From Macrostomum lignano (lineage: Eukaryota), in contig NIVC01002525.1 in NCBI GenBank assembly GCA_002269645.1, positions 100,409 to 164,408 of the forward strand: a stretch of DNA of 64,000 bases, in the 5' to 3' direction. The position numbers were made by a program, and so were the translations under genes. Each line of letters starts with the position of its first letter. Within the stretch, counting starts at the first letter, position 1. Below, piece by piece: positions 40,022 to 51,826 of this stretch. The notes under the pieces are model-generated. The model was not told the DNA's origin and made no database searches. It worked only from the letters and a program-made list of their open reading frames with translations.

Positions 40022-40721
40022 CTTACTTGACTTAGCTGCAGGGGGCGTCCGGCGGATGCAGCGAGGAGGCGGAGGAGACCGCCCATTCCGCTAGCCCCTG
40101 GCGACCAACGACTTCCGTTGAAGTGGTGTCGCTCAGGGGGACCCGTCGGTCTCGCCTGCAGCGCGGTCCTCCTCACCGACGGTGGGGAAGAAATCAGCTC
40201 GTCCGGTGTCCCTGAGGTACCGGGCGAGCAGCGGGATGCTCTCGGGCCTGCAAACGTCGGAGAGAACCGGGTTTGGCCCGAGGTGAGTAAGCCTGGCCCT
40301 GGTGAAAACCGGGCAGTGGCAGATAAAATGCTCGGCGTTTTCACTGCCTGAGCGGCAGAAGGGGCACCGCTCCTCGGGTACTTGGCCCTGAAGGAAACGG
40401 TGGCGAGAGAAGCAGCCATGCCCGGAGAGGGCCATGCTAACTGCTCTGAGGTCTCTGCGGTTGAGCCTGAGGAGGGCTCTACGCAGGAGAGGAGAGGGGC
40501 AGGGGACGGCAGCACGGGATTGCCTACAATTCCGGGTGTCGTGCCACCTGCGGAGATGCTCGGAGTCAGCCCAGCGCTTAACGCGGGAATTGATCACCGA
40601 GGCGGGGATGGGGGCTCCGGGCCCGGCCCCAGCAGCGCGCCGACGGAGCCAGCCTTGCATGGCCAGCAGGTCAGCGCGCTCGTTGCCGAGGAAGCCGGCG
40701 TGGCCCGGGATCCATCTGAGC
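40022..40721 (-). mobile_element. 5'-truncated non-LTR retrotransposon (RNase H-bearing I/LOA/R1-type): RNase H C-terminus, zinc finger and 3'UTR
   Basis: Translates as LRWIPGHAGFLGNERADLLA (RNase H end) then SGHG..CPFC..ENAEHFICHC, with stop at 40133 and a TAAGTCAAGTAAG tail. A 13-bp TSD TGTTAGCAACTGA lies at 40009-40021 and 40722-40734. Confidence 0.9.
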
Positions 40722-42214
40722 TGTTAGCAACTGAGCTTATAAGACATTTCTTCACCAAGAAAGAGCTTCTGTGATGGGTCTCCTGACGGCAACTGAACGG
40801 GTCTGATGTGTATAGCTGCATGGAAGCGAGCTGGTGGCCGGAATTCGCTTGCGCACAAATTATAGAAAAAACGACGTTAAATTCCCAGTGTGCATCATGC
40901 ATATGCCTTTTTAGCACTAAAAGTGTTGGTGTCCATGCAAAAATTATTCATTTGTACATGCATCTAGTATGTATAACTCTTATATTTCGAACAAGCTATG
41001 ACGACAAGACGTTTTTGATTTGAACTTATTGAATTAGGAGATAGGGAGATTTTTCATACATGTAGTCCATAGAGTCCATAAGCTAGTCCATAGAGTTTAA
41101 CTTCCATCACGAGTAATGTACATGTGATGAATCGGGAATATGTAACGTTTATTATAAAGCCTTAGTCTGAACAACTCTAGGTTCGGGAAATCCGGTCTCC
41201 AGTTGGCAGTAAAATGTAAAAATAGACTTATCTAGGTGCGCCATAACTTATAATAAATTCGCTAAAGACACCCATGCATGAATCGGTTAGTTTAAAGCAT
41301 GCATGCAATTTATTAACAACATAAGCCGCCAAATATGGGTGCGTGGACTTAGGAGTAACATATTCATCGACGGGTACATACATACTTATGACTATAATTT
41401 CAAATTTAACACACTGTTTATTATATCTTCAATAGCTACTCGTGGCATATTTATGAGACAAACAATTTACAGGAAATACATTGTTTTAATTGAACTTTTG
41501 CCATGCATAATTTATGTAAAAGTACAAAGGACTGCACGTGCACGGGGTTAGTTAAAATGTAATAAGAATATATGCATCAGCTATAGGTACGTGCTGTTAC
41601 ATGTACAAGCTTGATAGATCATTATTCATATAACTAAAAATGACACACTAGCTCGCAATTATACAAGTTCGCTAATCGTACCACCGCCAGTGAAAAGGTT
41701 ACATTCTACAAATATTATTAGTTGACGAAAATAACTATCGTAAAACTATTATAAAAAATCAAATAAAATTATGACGCAACAAGCTAATTCGATTTGTTAT
41801 AACACGTAAGCTGCAACAGTATTTATTGAAGGGGTAGAACAAATTAACGAATTGTACGCTTAGATGTACACTGATACAACAATTAAAAACTGGATTTGAC
41901 AACTTTACAACTGTAAAACCGTTTAAAATAACCCTCCTCCAACGTTCGAAATAGGGCTGGAAATGACATTTTGAAAATGACAATGTCAAAATTAATTTGA
42001 CGTGCTCGTATGACTTGGAAACTATTGCATCCACTACTTTTAGTCGAGTGTAAACAGTGAAAATTTGTTTTTCACTATCAAATGTGCAACTTAACAAATT
42101 ACTGACAGTGCCATCTGATGGACACAACTACTCGTAGCATCAACATGTGTTTCTAGATTTTTAAAGAAACTAATTTAGGAGCTTAGGACAAATCCTTTTT
42201 AGTATCTAGGATTA

Positions 42215-43627
42215 TCTATTTACAGGTGCTTCCACACGACTATTCTACAGGCGTTTCAAGGACTGTTCTACAGGTGTTTCAGGGACTGTTCTACAGGTAT
42301 TTCAGGGACTGTTCTACAGGCGTTTCAAGGACTGTTCTACAGGTGTTTCAGGGACTGTTCTACAGGTATTTCAGGGACTGTTCTACAGGTATTTCAGGGA
42401 CTGTTCTACAGGTGTTTCAGGGACTGTTCTACAGGTATTTCAGGGACTGTTCTACAGGTGTTTCAGGGACTGTTCTACAGGTATTTCAGGGACTGTTTTA
42501 CAGGTATTTCAGGGACTGTTCTACAGGTGTTTCAGGGACTGTTCTACAGGTATTTCAGGGACTGTTCTACAGGTGTTTCAGGGACTGTTCTACAGGTGTT
42601 TCAGGGACTGTTCTACAGGTGTTTCAGGGACTGTTCTACAGGTATTTCAGGGACTGTTCTACAGGTGTTTCAGGGACTGTTGTACAGGTGTTTCAGGGAC
42701 TGTTCTACAGGTATTTAAGGGACTGTTCTACAGGTATTTCAGGGACTGTTCTACAGGTGTTTCAGGGACTGTTCTACAGGTGTTTCAGGGACTGTTCTAC
42801 AGGTATTTCAGGGACTGTTCTACAGGTGTTTCAGGGACTGTTCTACAGGTGTTTCAGGGACTGTTCTACAGGTGTTTCAGGGACTGTTCTACAGGTATTT
42901 CAGGGACTGTTCTACAGGTATTTCAGGGACTGTTCTACAGGTGTTTCAGGGACTGTTCTACAGGTGTTTCAGGGACTGTTCTACAGGTATTTCAGGGACT
43001 GTTCTACAGGTGTTTCAGGGACTGTTCTACAGGTGTTTCAGGGACTGTTCTACAGGTGTTTCAGGGACTGTTCTACAGGTATTTCAGGGACTGTTCTACA
43101 GGTGTTTCAGGGACTGTTGTACAGGTGTTTCAGGGACTGTTCTACAGGTATTTAAGGGACTGTTCTACAGGTATTTCAGGGACTGTTCTACAGGTGTTTC
43201 AGGGACTGTTCTACAGGTGTTTCAGGGACTGTTCTACAGTTGTTTCAGGGATTGTTCTACAGGTGTTTCAGGGACTGTTCTACAGGTGTTTCAGGGACTG
43301 TTCTACAGGTATTTCAGGGACTGTTTTACAGGTATTTCAGGGACTGTTCTACAGGTGTTTCAGGGACTGTTCTACAGGTATTTCAGGGACTGTTCTACAG
43401 GTGTTTCAGGGACTGTTCTACAGGTGTTTCAGGGACTGTTCTACAGGTGTTTCAGGGACTGTTCTACAGGTATTTCAGGGACTGTTCTACAGGTGTTTCA
43501 GGGACTGTTGTACAGGTGTTTCAGGGACTGTTCTACTGGTGTTTCAGGAACTGTTCTACAGGTGTTTCAGGGACTGTTCTACAGTACAGGTGTTTCAGGG
43601 ACTGTTCTACAGGTGTTTCAGGGACTG
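42215..43627. repeat. 23-bp minisatellite (ACAGGTGTTTCAGGGACTGTTCT), ~60 copies
   Basis: Tandem copies. Confidence 0.97.
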
Positions 43628-43981
43628 ATTAGGTGTGTTTCCACTTTCTTTAAAGTAGCATTGTAGAGACATTGAAGGTAAAGATCAGTTTTGAGCATAG
43701 ACAATCACCCATTTACACACGCAAGTAAAATTAACAGGAAAAAAGCAAAGCACAGCATAGGAAAATAATTTTATCTCTCAGACAAGACTTCAAGGAAATA
43801 TCCTTAATTGACAAATAAGAAAGAAAAATGAGACGAGCACAACGATCGAACATCATGAACTCAAGTATTTAAAACATAAAATAAATAGTTGATAAAACGA
43901 AAAAAATTATAAGAAATTACGCACGAGAGAATGACGGTGACAGAAAATCGAGTTGGTAAAATCGATTTGAAAGAAATTTTT

Positions 43982-46900
43982 TCATCGTCTGAAATAGCTG
44001 GACGTCAGGGCGATTGCTATTGACACCGCTGACACCGTCAGCAGCAGAGCCATCGACTGCCACACACCGCTGCTGGAGAACAGGCCGGAGCCTCCGCTGC
44101 CCGCCTGGTCCCCACCCGTCTCCTGGTAGAACCTTATCAGGCCGTACTAAACAGGTGGAATAGCGGGTTTGACTGACTGACTGACTGACTGACTGACTGA
44201 CTGACTGACTGACTGACTGACTGACTGGCTGACTGGCTGACTGACTGACTGACTAACAGACTGACTGACTGACTGACTGACTGACTGACTGACTGACTGA
44301 CTGACTGACTGACTGACTGACTGACTGACTGACTGACTGACTGACTGACTGACTGACTGACTGACTGACTGACTGACTGACTGACTGACTGACTGACTGA
44401 CTGACTGACTGACTGACTGACTGACTGACTGACTGACTGACTGACTGTGACTGACTGACTGACTGACTGGCTGACTGACTGACTGACTGACTGGCTGACT
44501 GACTGACTGGCTGACTGACTGACTGACTGACTGACTGACTGACTGACTGACTGACTGACTGACTGACTGACTGACTGACTGACTGACTGTGACTGACTGA
44601 CTGACTAACCTGACTTAATACAGCTTCAACCTTCAAACCATAACTCTGAGAGTCAGAAACAAAAAACATTTGAAGCTTTTACAGAAATTTTTTACTGCTA
44701 ACAAAGCTTATCTCATTTAACCATGTTTTTTTAAGTCCAGCTTTAGTCCTATCTTATAAACAAGATTATAAACCAGGCAGACAGGACAGAGAAGACACAG
44801 TATGTATGTAATTTAGTATCGATTTGCAAGCTATATGCATTTCTTAGCCAGAAAATTAAGCCCTTGTCGCATGCGAACGGAGATTACAATTATAGCATAT
44901 AGATTTAGTTGGTTCGTTGGCTCAAATTAATACCCCTGTATCACATTACGGTACCCTGGAATTTTAGCCGCATAGATCATGTAGACTGTTTTGCATACAA
45001 GGAACCGAAATTCAATACCACTTTGCTTGTGTGGGCTAAATATAATGACACTATAGTCTATACTAAGTTAAATTTGCGTTTAACACCCAGACACTCCAAA
45101 GATAGGTAGATCATCAATCTTTTTTAGAAACATTTTAGAGACATTGTTTGTTTTATAAAGATATATTTAGTATACGAGAAACTATATATATGATTTCCAT
45201 ATGTGTAGGAAAATGTTCGGAATTTGGCAACAATAATGAATGATATCAGGGACTGACCGATCAGAGAAAAAGAGAGATCGAAGTGACAGACAGAGATCAG
45301 AGAGAAGTGACAGACAGAGATCAGAGAGAAGTGACAGACAGAGATCAGAGAGAAGTGACAGACAGAGATCAGAGTGAAGTGACAGACAGAGATCAGAGAG
45401 AAGTGACAGACAGAGATCAGAGAGAAGTGACAGACAGAGATCAGAGTGAAGTGACAGTCAGAGATCAGAGTGAAGTGACAGACAGAGATCAGAGTGACAT
45501 CAAAGACTACAAGAGAGTGCCAGAGGTCAGACAGTGAAAAAATTAGAGAGTGAACTCACCCAGCCTTGGTTCTTCCGCACCCATTGCCACAGGTGCTGAT
45601 CAATAAATTCGGCCACCCACTGCTGGACAGCCTCGGACAGTTCCGGCCGGCCCTCCGACAGGCACTTGTCGCAGATTTCTTTAGTCAGTACGAAAACGGC
45701 AATGATGCGGCCCCAGTGAATATTGTCGTCATAGAACAGGGTCTCCAATTCTCGGGTAACTGACTCGCGGATCGTAGCTGGTTCGGTGTCCAGTCTGTAA
45801 AAATAGTTTGGGAACAGGGGAGCCTGAAGGACAGGAACATGGGAGTCTGAAGGGCAGGAACAGGGAAGTCTGAAGGACAGGAACATGGGAGTCTGAAGGA
45901 CAGGAACAGGGAAGTCTGAAGGACAGGAACAGAGGAACCTGAAGGACAGGAACAGGGGAACCTAACGGACAGGAACAGGGGAACCTAACGGACAGGAACA
46001 GAGGAACCTGAAGGACAGGAACAGGGGAACCTAACGGACAGGAACAGGGGAACCTAACGGACAGGAACAGAGGAACCTGAAGGACAGGAACAGAGGAACC
46101 TGAAGGACAGGAACAGGGGAACCTAACGGACCGGAACAGGGGAACCTAACGGACAGGAACAGGGGAACCTAACGGACAGGAACAGAGGAACCTGAAGGAC
46201 AGGAACAGAGGAACCTAACGGACAGGAACAGGGGAACCTAACGGACCGGAATAGGGGAACCTAACGGACAGGAACAGGGGAACCTAACGGACAGGAACAG
46301 GGGAACCTAACGGACAGGAACAGAGGAACCTGAAGGACAGGAACAGGGGAACCTAACGGACCGGAACAGGGGAACCTAACGGACAGGAACAGGGGAACCT
46401 AACGGACCGGAATAGGGGAACCTAACGGACAGGAACAGGGGAACCTAACGGACAGGAACAGGGGAACCTAACGGACAGGAACAGAGGAACCTGAAGGACA
46501 GGAACAGGGGAACCTAACGGACAGGAACAGGGGAACCTAACGGACAGGAACAGAGGAACCTGAAGGACAGGAACAGGGGAACCTAACGGACAGGAACAGG
46601 GGAACCTAACGGACCGGAACAGGGGAACCTAACGGACAGGAACAGGGGAACCTAACGGACCGGAATAGGGGAACCTAACGGACCGGAACAGGGGAACCTA
46701 ACGGACAGGAACAGGGGAACCTAACGGACAGGAACAGAGGAACCTGAAGGACAGGAACAGAGGAACCTAACGGACAGGAACAGGGGAACCTAACGGACCG
46801 GAATAGGGGAACCTAACGGACAGGAACAGGGGAACCTAACGGACAGGAACAGGGGAACCTAACGGACAGGAACAGAGGAACCTGAAGGACAGGAACAGGG

Positions 46901-48135
46901 GAACCTAACGGACCGGAACAGGGGAACCTAACGGACAGGAACAGGGGAACCTAACGGACAGGAACAGAGGAACCTGAAGGACAGGAACAGGGGAACCTAA
47001 CGGACAGGAACAGGGGAACCTAACGGACCGGAATAGGGGAACCTAACGGACCGGAACAGGGGAACCTAACGGACCGGAACAGGGGAACCTAACGGACCGG
47101 AATAGGGGAACCTAACGGACAGGAACAGGGGAACCTAACGGACAGGAACAGGGGAACCTAACGGACAGGAACAGAGGAACCTGAAGGACAGGAACATGGT
47201 AGCTTGAAGGCAGAAACATAGGAGCCTAAAGACAGGTGTCCCTAAACTGAACATCTGAAGGACAGGGAGCCCCTGAAATTGAAATGAACCTATGAAGGAC
47301 AGAGTATCCCTGAACTTAACAGTTAAAGGGCAGGGGGCACTTGAACAAAGGAGGTAACCCAGCAATAGAATCTATAAAGCAAATGAGAAACAAACCTGGA
47401 ACTAAAACTATCGAATCTTCCGTGCAGCCGATCCTCAAATTCGTCGCACAATTTAAACAATACCGTCTCCAGTTCCGCGGTTCGTGCACTTTTAATTACG
47501 TCCAGACTGATTGCCGGCCGAGACCAAGCCGAAGATCTAGGCGCGTTCTCGTTCAACGGGGACAGAGCGAATGGAGAGACGTAAGCTGGCGAAGCGCCAT
47601 AGAGGCCGGATATCCCGGAAGCTGACGAGGCTGACAGATAGCCAGAACTTACCTGGCTACTATCTATAGAGTCTCGCTGAACAACTGGAGCTTGAGCCTG
47701 ATAATGAGGCTGCTGAAGCTGAGGCGGCCTGATCAGACTCTGCTCGGCTGACTGAGTCTCGACTGGCGAATAAGATCTGGTGCTGTCACTGTTGCTTCTG
47801 TCGTAGCCTACGGGACCATTGCTACTGTTGCCAACTAATATGTTATTATTATTCCCAATACCACTGCTTCTATAGCTACTGTTATTGCTGCTGCTGCTGC
47901 TTCTAGCAGAGCCATTAAAATGATTGTTAGTAGACCGTCTATTAGTTCTTGAGCAAAGCTGTTTGATTAAATGTGCAGTGAGCTGCTTGTTGCAATAGAC
48001 GGTATCGTCTGGAGTAGCAGGCGGAGGTGATTCCTCTTGTTCTTGGTCTTCTTCCGTGTCGCTGCCGCCAAACTGGTCATTGTTGCTTTCATCGTCAATA
48101 GGCATTGCAGTCGCGTAGGTTGTAGCGGCCGTCAT
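43982..48135 (-). CDS. Multi-domain Bcl-2 family protein with long low-complexity N-terminus and C-terminal TM anchor; exons 48135-47396, 45794-45560, 44146-43982 (379 aa)
   Basis: BH3-like LFKLCDEFE, BH1 LETLFYDDNIHWGRIIAVF, and BH2 WQWVRKNQGW|YGLIRFY with the family-typical intron after GW. TM tail VWQSMALLLTVSAVSIAIALTSSYFRR. Intron phases are consistent. Confidence 0.92.
44171..44606. repeat. (GACT)n microsatellite, Bcl-2 intron 2 (3' end of the intron)
   Basis: Read directly from the sequence. Confidence 0.97.
45250..45498. repeat. 24-bp minisatellite (GTGACAGACAGAGATCAGAGAGAA), Bcl-2 intron 2 (5' end of the intron)
   Basis: About 9 copies. Confidence 0.93.
45820..47200. repeat. 23-bp minisatellite (ACAGGAACAGGGGAACCTAACGG), Bcl-2 intron 1
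   Basis: About 60 copies. Confidence 0.97.
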
Positions 48136-50508
48136 TGCTGATCTAATAAAACCGCTTTATGCTTTTTACTCTAAATAATATAATATATATAGTCTCAAGA
48201 CGAGAGTTGATTAAGCTTCCGGTAATCTTGTTTTAATATCTTTCCTTTTTTCCTCTTTGCCTGCCCCTCGGATCGATCGATTCTTCTTCTTCGACTTCTC
48301 TGTTGCTCTTAGAATAGACAGTAAGCAGTATTATATTGCTTATCTATCAGCAGTCAAAGGCCTTTTTATGCTTTCAAAGTTTCAAATTAATTGCGTCAAG
48401 GCGCTCCCTTCGTCTTTTTGATCCTCGTCTCGTCTCTGGACTCTTGAGTCTCACTTGATTCTCTTAGTCTCGCACTCGTAAGTCCTCTCGTAGTCTGTGT
48501 GCTGCTGATTATCCTCTTTCTTTTCTTTAGCTTACTATACAAAACGCCTGTCGACTCTTGTTTCTATATCAAGCTTAGCTAGTTGAAACACTAACAGAAA
48601 CAAAGAAGCCTTTTATTACCTGTCTAACTAAAAATATGAAGGAAGCTATTTTTAAAAGTAACTGTATATGTCTTAATCTATTACGTACTGATCTATCTGA
48701 TCGCTGGCTTTTTAGTAAAAAAGGAGTTGCAGGGCTTTGCCAGTTAGTCTAGAACTGAACCAGGACAAGGCGCTTACGTACGATTTTACTAGTAAAGTCA
48801 AGGGGAGGGTTGGGAAACCCTCTATGCCACTGGGGGGCTTCACTTGGCAAGCGTCTCACAGGCTGAGAGCTTTTAGAGTGCTTGCAAATGTAAGGAATTT
48901 TAGTTTCTCTCTCCCCCAGTGTACACCGACTGAATTGAATGTACACTGGGGCTGATTATGTACGTTTCAACCTTCCTCTATAAAACTTGCCCCGCGGGCC
49001 GCCGTCCGCCAGCATCAAACCTCTCTATCGTAACCCTCAGCCCAACACACCCCCGCTCAACCCCACCCCGCCCGCTCTCACGGACCGGCACCCCAGTGGT
49101 TTTTATTGAACAAGAAATCTACGCAACTTAATTCGTGGCCTAGCATTAGCTAGCTTTAGCCGCCCAACTGCTATGTACCTTGTAGTGTAGGCACTAAAGT
49201 GTTGAAATATATAGAGCCCTCGGCCCACCCACACTTTTTTGCGGTTTGGTGTATCGTGTTGTTTTTTGCGTGCTTGCGCGCTCGCGCTTTCTAGCTCTAT
49301 AATATATTATATTAATTCTGTTTTGCTGGGCGAGGCCTTTCGTTTCGTCCAATTCGAATACACAAACGGGCTTGCTTTGTGGCGAGGTTGAGAAAATGTT
49401 CTTGAATGAACGCTTGCGGTGGTGGCATGAAGTACAATTGCGCCTGTTGAGATTGAGCAACCAACCCCCAAAGGGTAAATTATACGGACCAAAATTTAAA
49501 TTAATGACTAGGGGACGAAGTTTTTCTCACAAAAAACATTCATTCCATTCTTCATTAAACGAAACAGCTACTGAATGAAGCGTAGCTGAGTGGGAGGCTG
49601 TCAAGAATAGAAGAGTATAATACAGCGCAAACATTGCCATATCTTATTCTGTAGATTTATACCTTATTATATGCAGCTAAATTTGTCTTATTTAGGCACA
49701 CTACTAGCTTAGCTATATAAACTGAAAAACTATTAAGCCTCATTTAGCTTCATTCAGCTGCCTCTCTTCATCTCCACCCACGCAATTAGGCTAATGCATA
49801 AATTAATATGGAACGGCTTTTAGTTTACCAAAATACTGGCACTGTCACTGTCATGTTATTCCATCATTTAGACGAAAGAACTGCTAAAAATATGTGAAAG
49901 ACAATTAAACAAAACTTTTTTGTTTTAGTAATTTTGTTCTATAATCTTAATTAGTGCACGATTTTTTAGAGAACGCACTGTGGTATTTAGAAATATATAT
50001 AAATGTAAAAAATTGGTTTGCTAAGATCCACATGTAAGAATGCACATTCTTCTAATTTTATAAGATATAGGATGTACATCCTCCAAATGCATCAGATGCG
50101 GAATGTTATACGTTCTCCCAATTTATCAGATGTAGGATGTACATCCTCCCAATATACATCAGATGCGGAATTTACATCCTCCGAATCTATCAGATGCGGA
50201 ATGTACATCCTCCTAATCTATCAGATGCGGAATGTAGATTCTCCCAGTCCAAATCTATCAGATACGGAATGGTACGTTCTCCCAACTTATCAGATCCGGA
50301 ATGTGACGTTCTCTCAGTCCCAATCTATCAGATTCGATAATTACAATCTCCCAACCTATCAGATACGATATGTACAATCTCCCAATCTATCAGATACGAT
50401 ATGTACAATCTCCCAATCTATCAGATGCAGAATGTACATTCTCCCAATCTATTCTATCAGATACGGAATGTACATTCTCCCAATCTTTCCTATCAGATAC
50501 GGAATGTA

Positions 50509-51826
50509 CGAGGGGTGATCAAAAAGTTCTGCAACCTTTTGTTATAGCTTTTAGTTATAGAATCGGGAAAAGACAAAAACTTACACATATGCAGCTGTAT
50601 CTGTTTGCTATATTTATATGCATTTTTGGCTTCCAAATGTGCTCCAGTAAAATTTCACAGCCATATATTTTCCATGTGTTTTCAGTAGCTGATGGAAACA
50701 ACAAAAGACAGTGTTCGCTTCTATATCTTTATGTGCATGCAACTTGGTTGCAAAGTGACTGAGATTCACACCGATCTGGTGAATGTTTTAGCTGACTCTG
50801 CTCCATCATTTGACATGGTTGCCCGCTGGCTGCGCCATTTCTTGGAAGGCTGGGACAGCTTCAACGATGAACCGAGGTCTGGCTGACCCCGGACATCCGT
50901 GACCGAAGATGTCGTGGCCCATGCCGATGCAATAATTCGTGAGGATTGAAGCATTATGCTAAGATTCATTGCCTATGAGCTTGGTGTCAGCTGTGGAAGT
51001 GCTCATAACATCATGCATGAGCAACTAGGCCGCACAAAGACCTGCGCTCGGTGGGTACCCCATCTTCTCACTCCGGAGCAGCAAGCAGAGAGGGTGCGCA
51101 TCTGTCGCTTGTGGCTGCAAATTTTTGAGCCCCACGGCCCACGACGACTGTCGGATGTCATCACAGGAGACGAATGTTGGATCTCCTTCTTTTACCATGA
51201 AGGATAAGCAGTCCAACATGGTCTGGCTGGCAGAAGATGAGCCAAGGCCTGAGGTGCTGAAGACCGGATTCCGCAGTCGGAAGCGGATGTTCACCATTTT
51301 TTTCAACTCTCAGGGTGTTGTATCGGTGAACATCCTTCCAGCGGGTGCCACAGTGACTGCCAGGTACTACACAGACACTGTTCTGCCAGGCGTGCTGCAG
51401 GAGCGGCAGGAACGTGCGCGAACCAGGCATGGACCTCGACTCCTGCTGCACCATGACAATGCGGCACCGCACAGAGCGGCATCAACCATGGCGTACCTGG
51501 AGCAGCAGGGGGTCCGGCTGCTGCCCCATCCACCCTACTCTCTAGACCTAGCACCTTGCGACTTTTGGCTGTTCCGAGGATCAAATCCGTCATTTCTGGG
51601 AGGCCGTTTTCACGCATGCAAGACCTTGCCCAAGCGGTACATTCAGCTCTACAGGGCATACCAACTTCGGAGTACCAGGACTGCTTTCAGACATGGTGCA
51701 CACGGATGCGACGGTGCATAGATAGTGGTGGAAAGTACTTTTAGGGAATGTGACACTGATTAGACGCCTCGGCTGCTGTAGCACAGAGTTGTGAGGTCAC
51801 TTGCAGAACTTTTTGATCACCCCTCG
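50509..51826 (+). mobile_element. Full-length (1318 bp) mariner (DD34D) transposon
   Basis: 26-bp TIRs CGAGGGGTGATCAAAAAGTTCTGCAA and a TA TSD at 50507-50508 and 51827-51828. Confidence 0.97.
50692..51744 (+). pseudogene. Mariner transposase pseudogene (2 internal stops, 2 frameshifts)
   Basis: Motifs WVPHLL, TGDECW, HDNAAPH and YSLDLAPCDF are present. Stops occur at 50884 and 50947, and frameshifts near 51190 and 51575. Confidence 0.93.

Noticed and set aside
40382-40774. 130-aa plus-strand ORF
   Set aside because: It is the antisense of the LINE fragment reading through the TSD into flanking DNA.
41759-42127. 122-aa minus-strand ORF (also 36880-37233 and 61002-61574)
   Set aside because: No recognisable domain or splice context; these are probably chance ORFs or antisense of decayed elements.
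42226-43666. 260-350-aa repetitive ORFs
   Set aside because: These are translations of the 23-bp minisatellite. The same applies to ORFs at 7.6, 17, 18.2, 19.7, 27, 44.3, 45.3 and 52 kb.
44171-45498. Possible complementary arrays at the two ends of Bcl-2 intron 2
   Set aside because: The sense-strand (AGTC)n and TCTGTCTGTC-type units mismatch at every fourth base, so there is no convincing pairing, unlike MAM intron 2.
6397-47200. A rule that intronic arrays are pyrimidine-rich on the sense strand
   Set aside because: It holds for several arrays but fails for p190 intron 2, MAM intron 1 and the 5' array of MAM intron 2.
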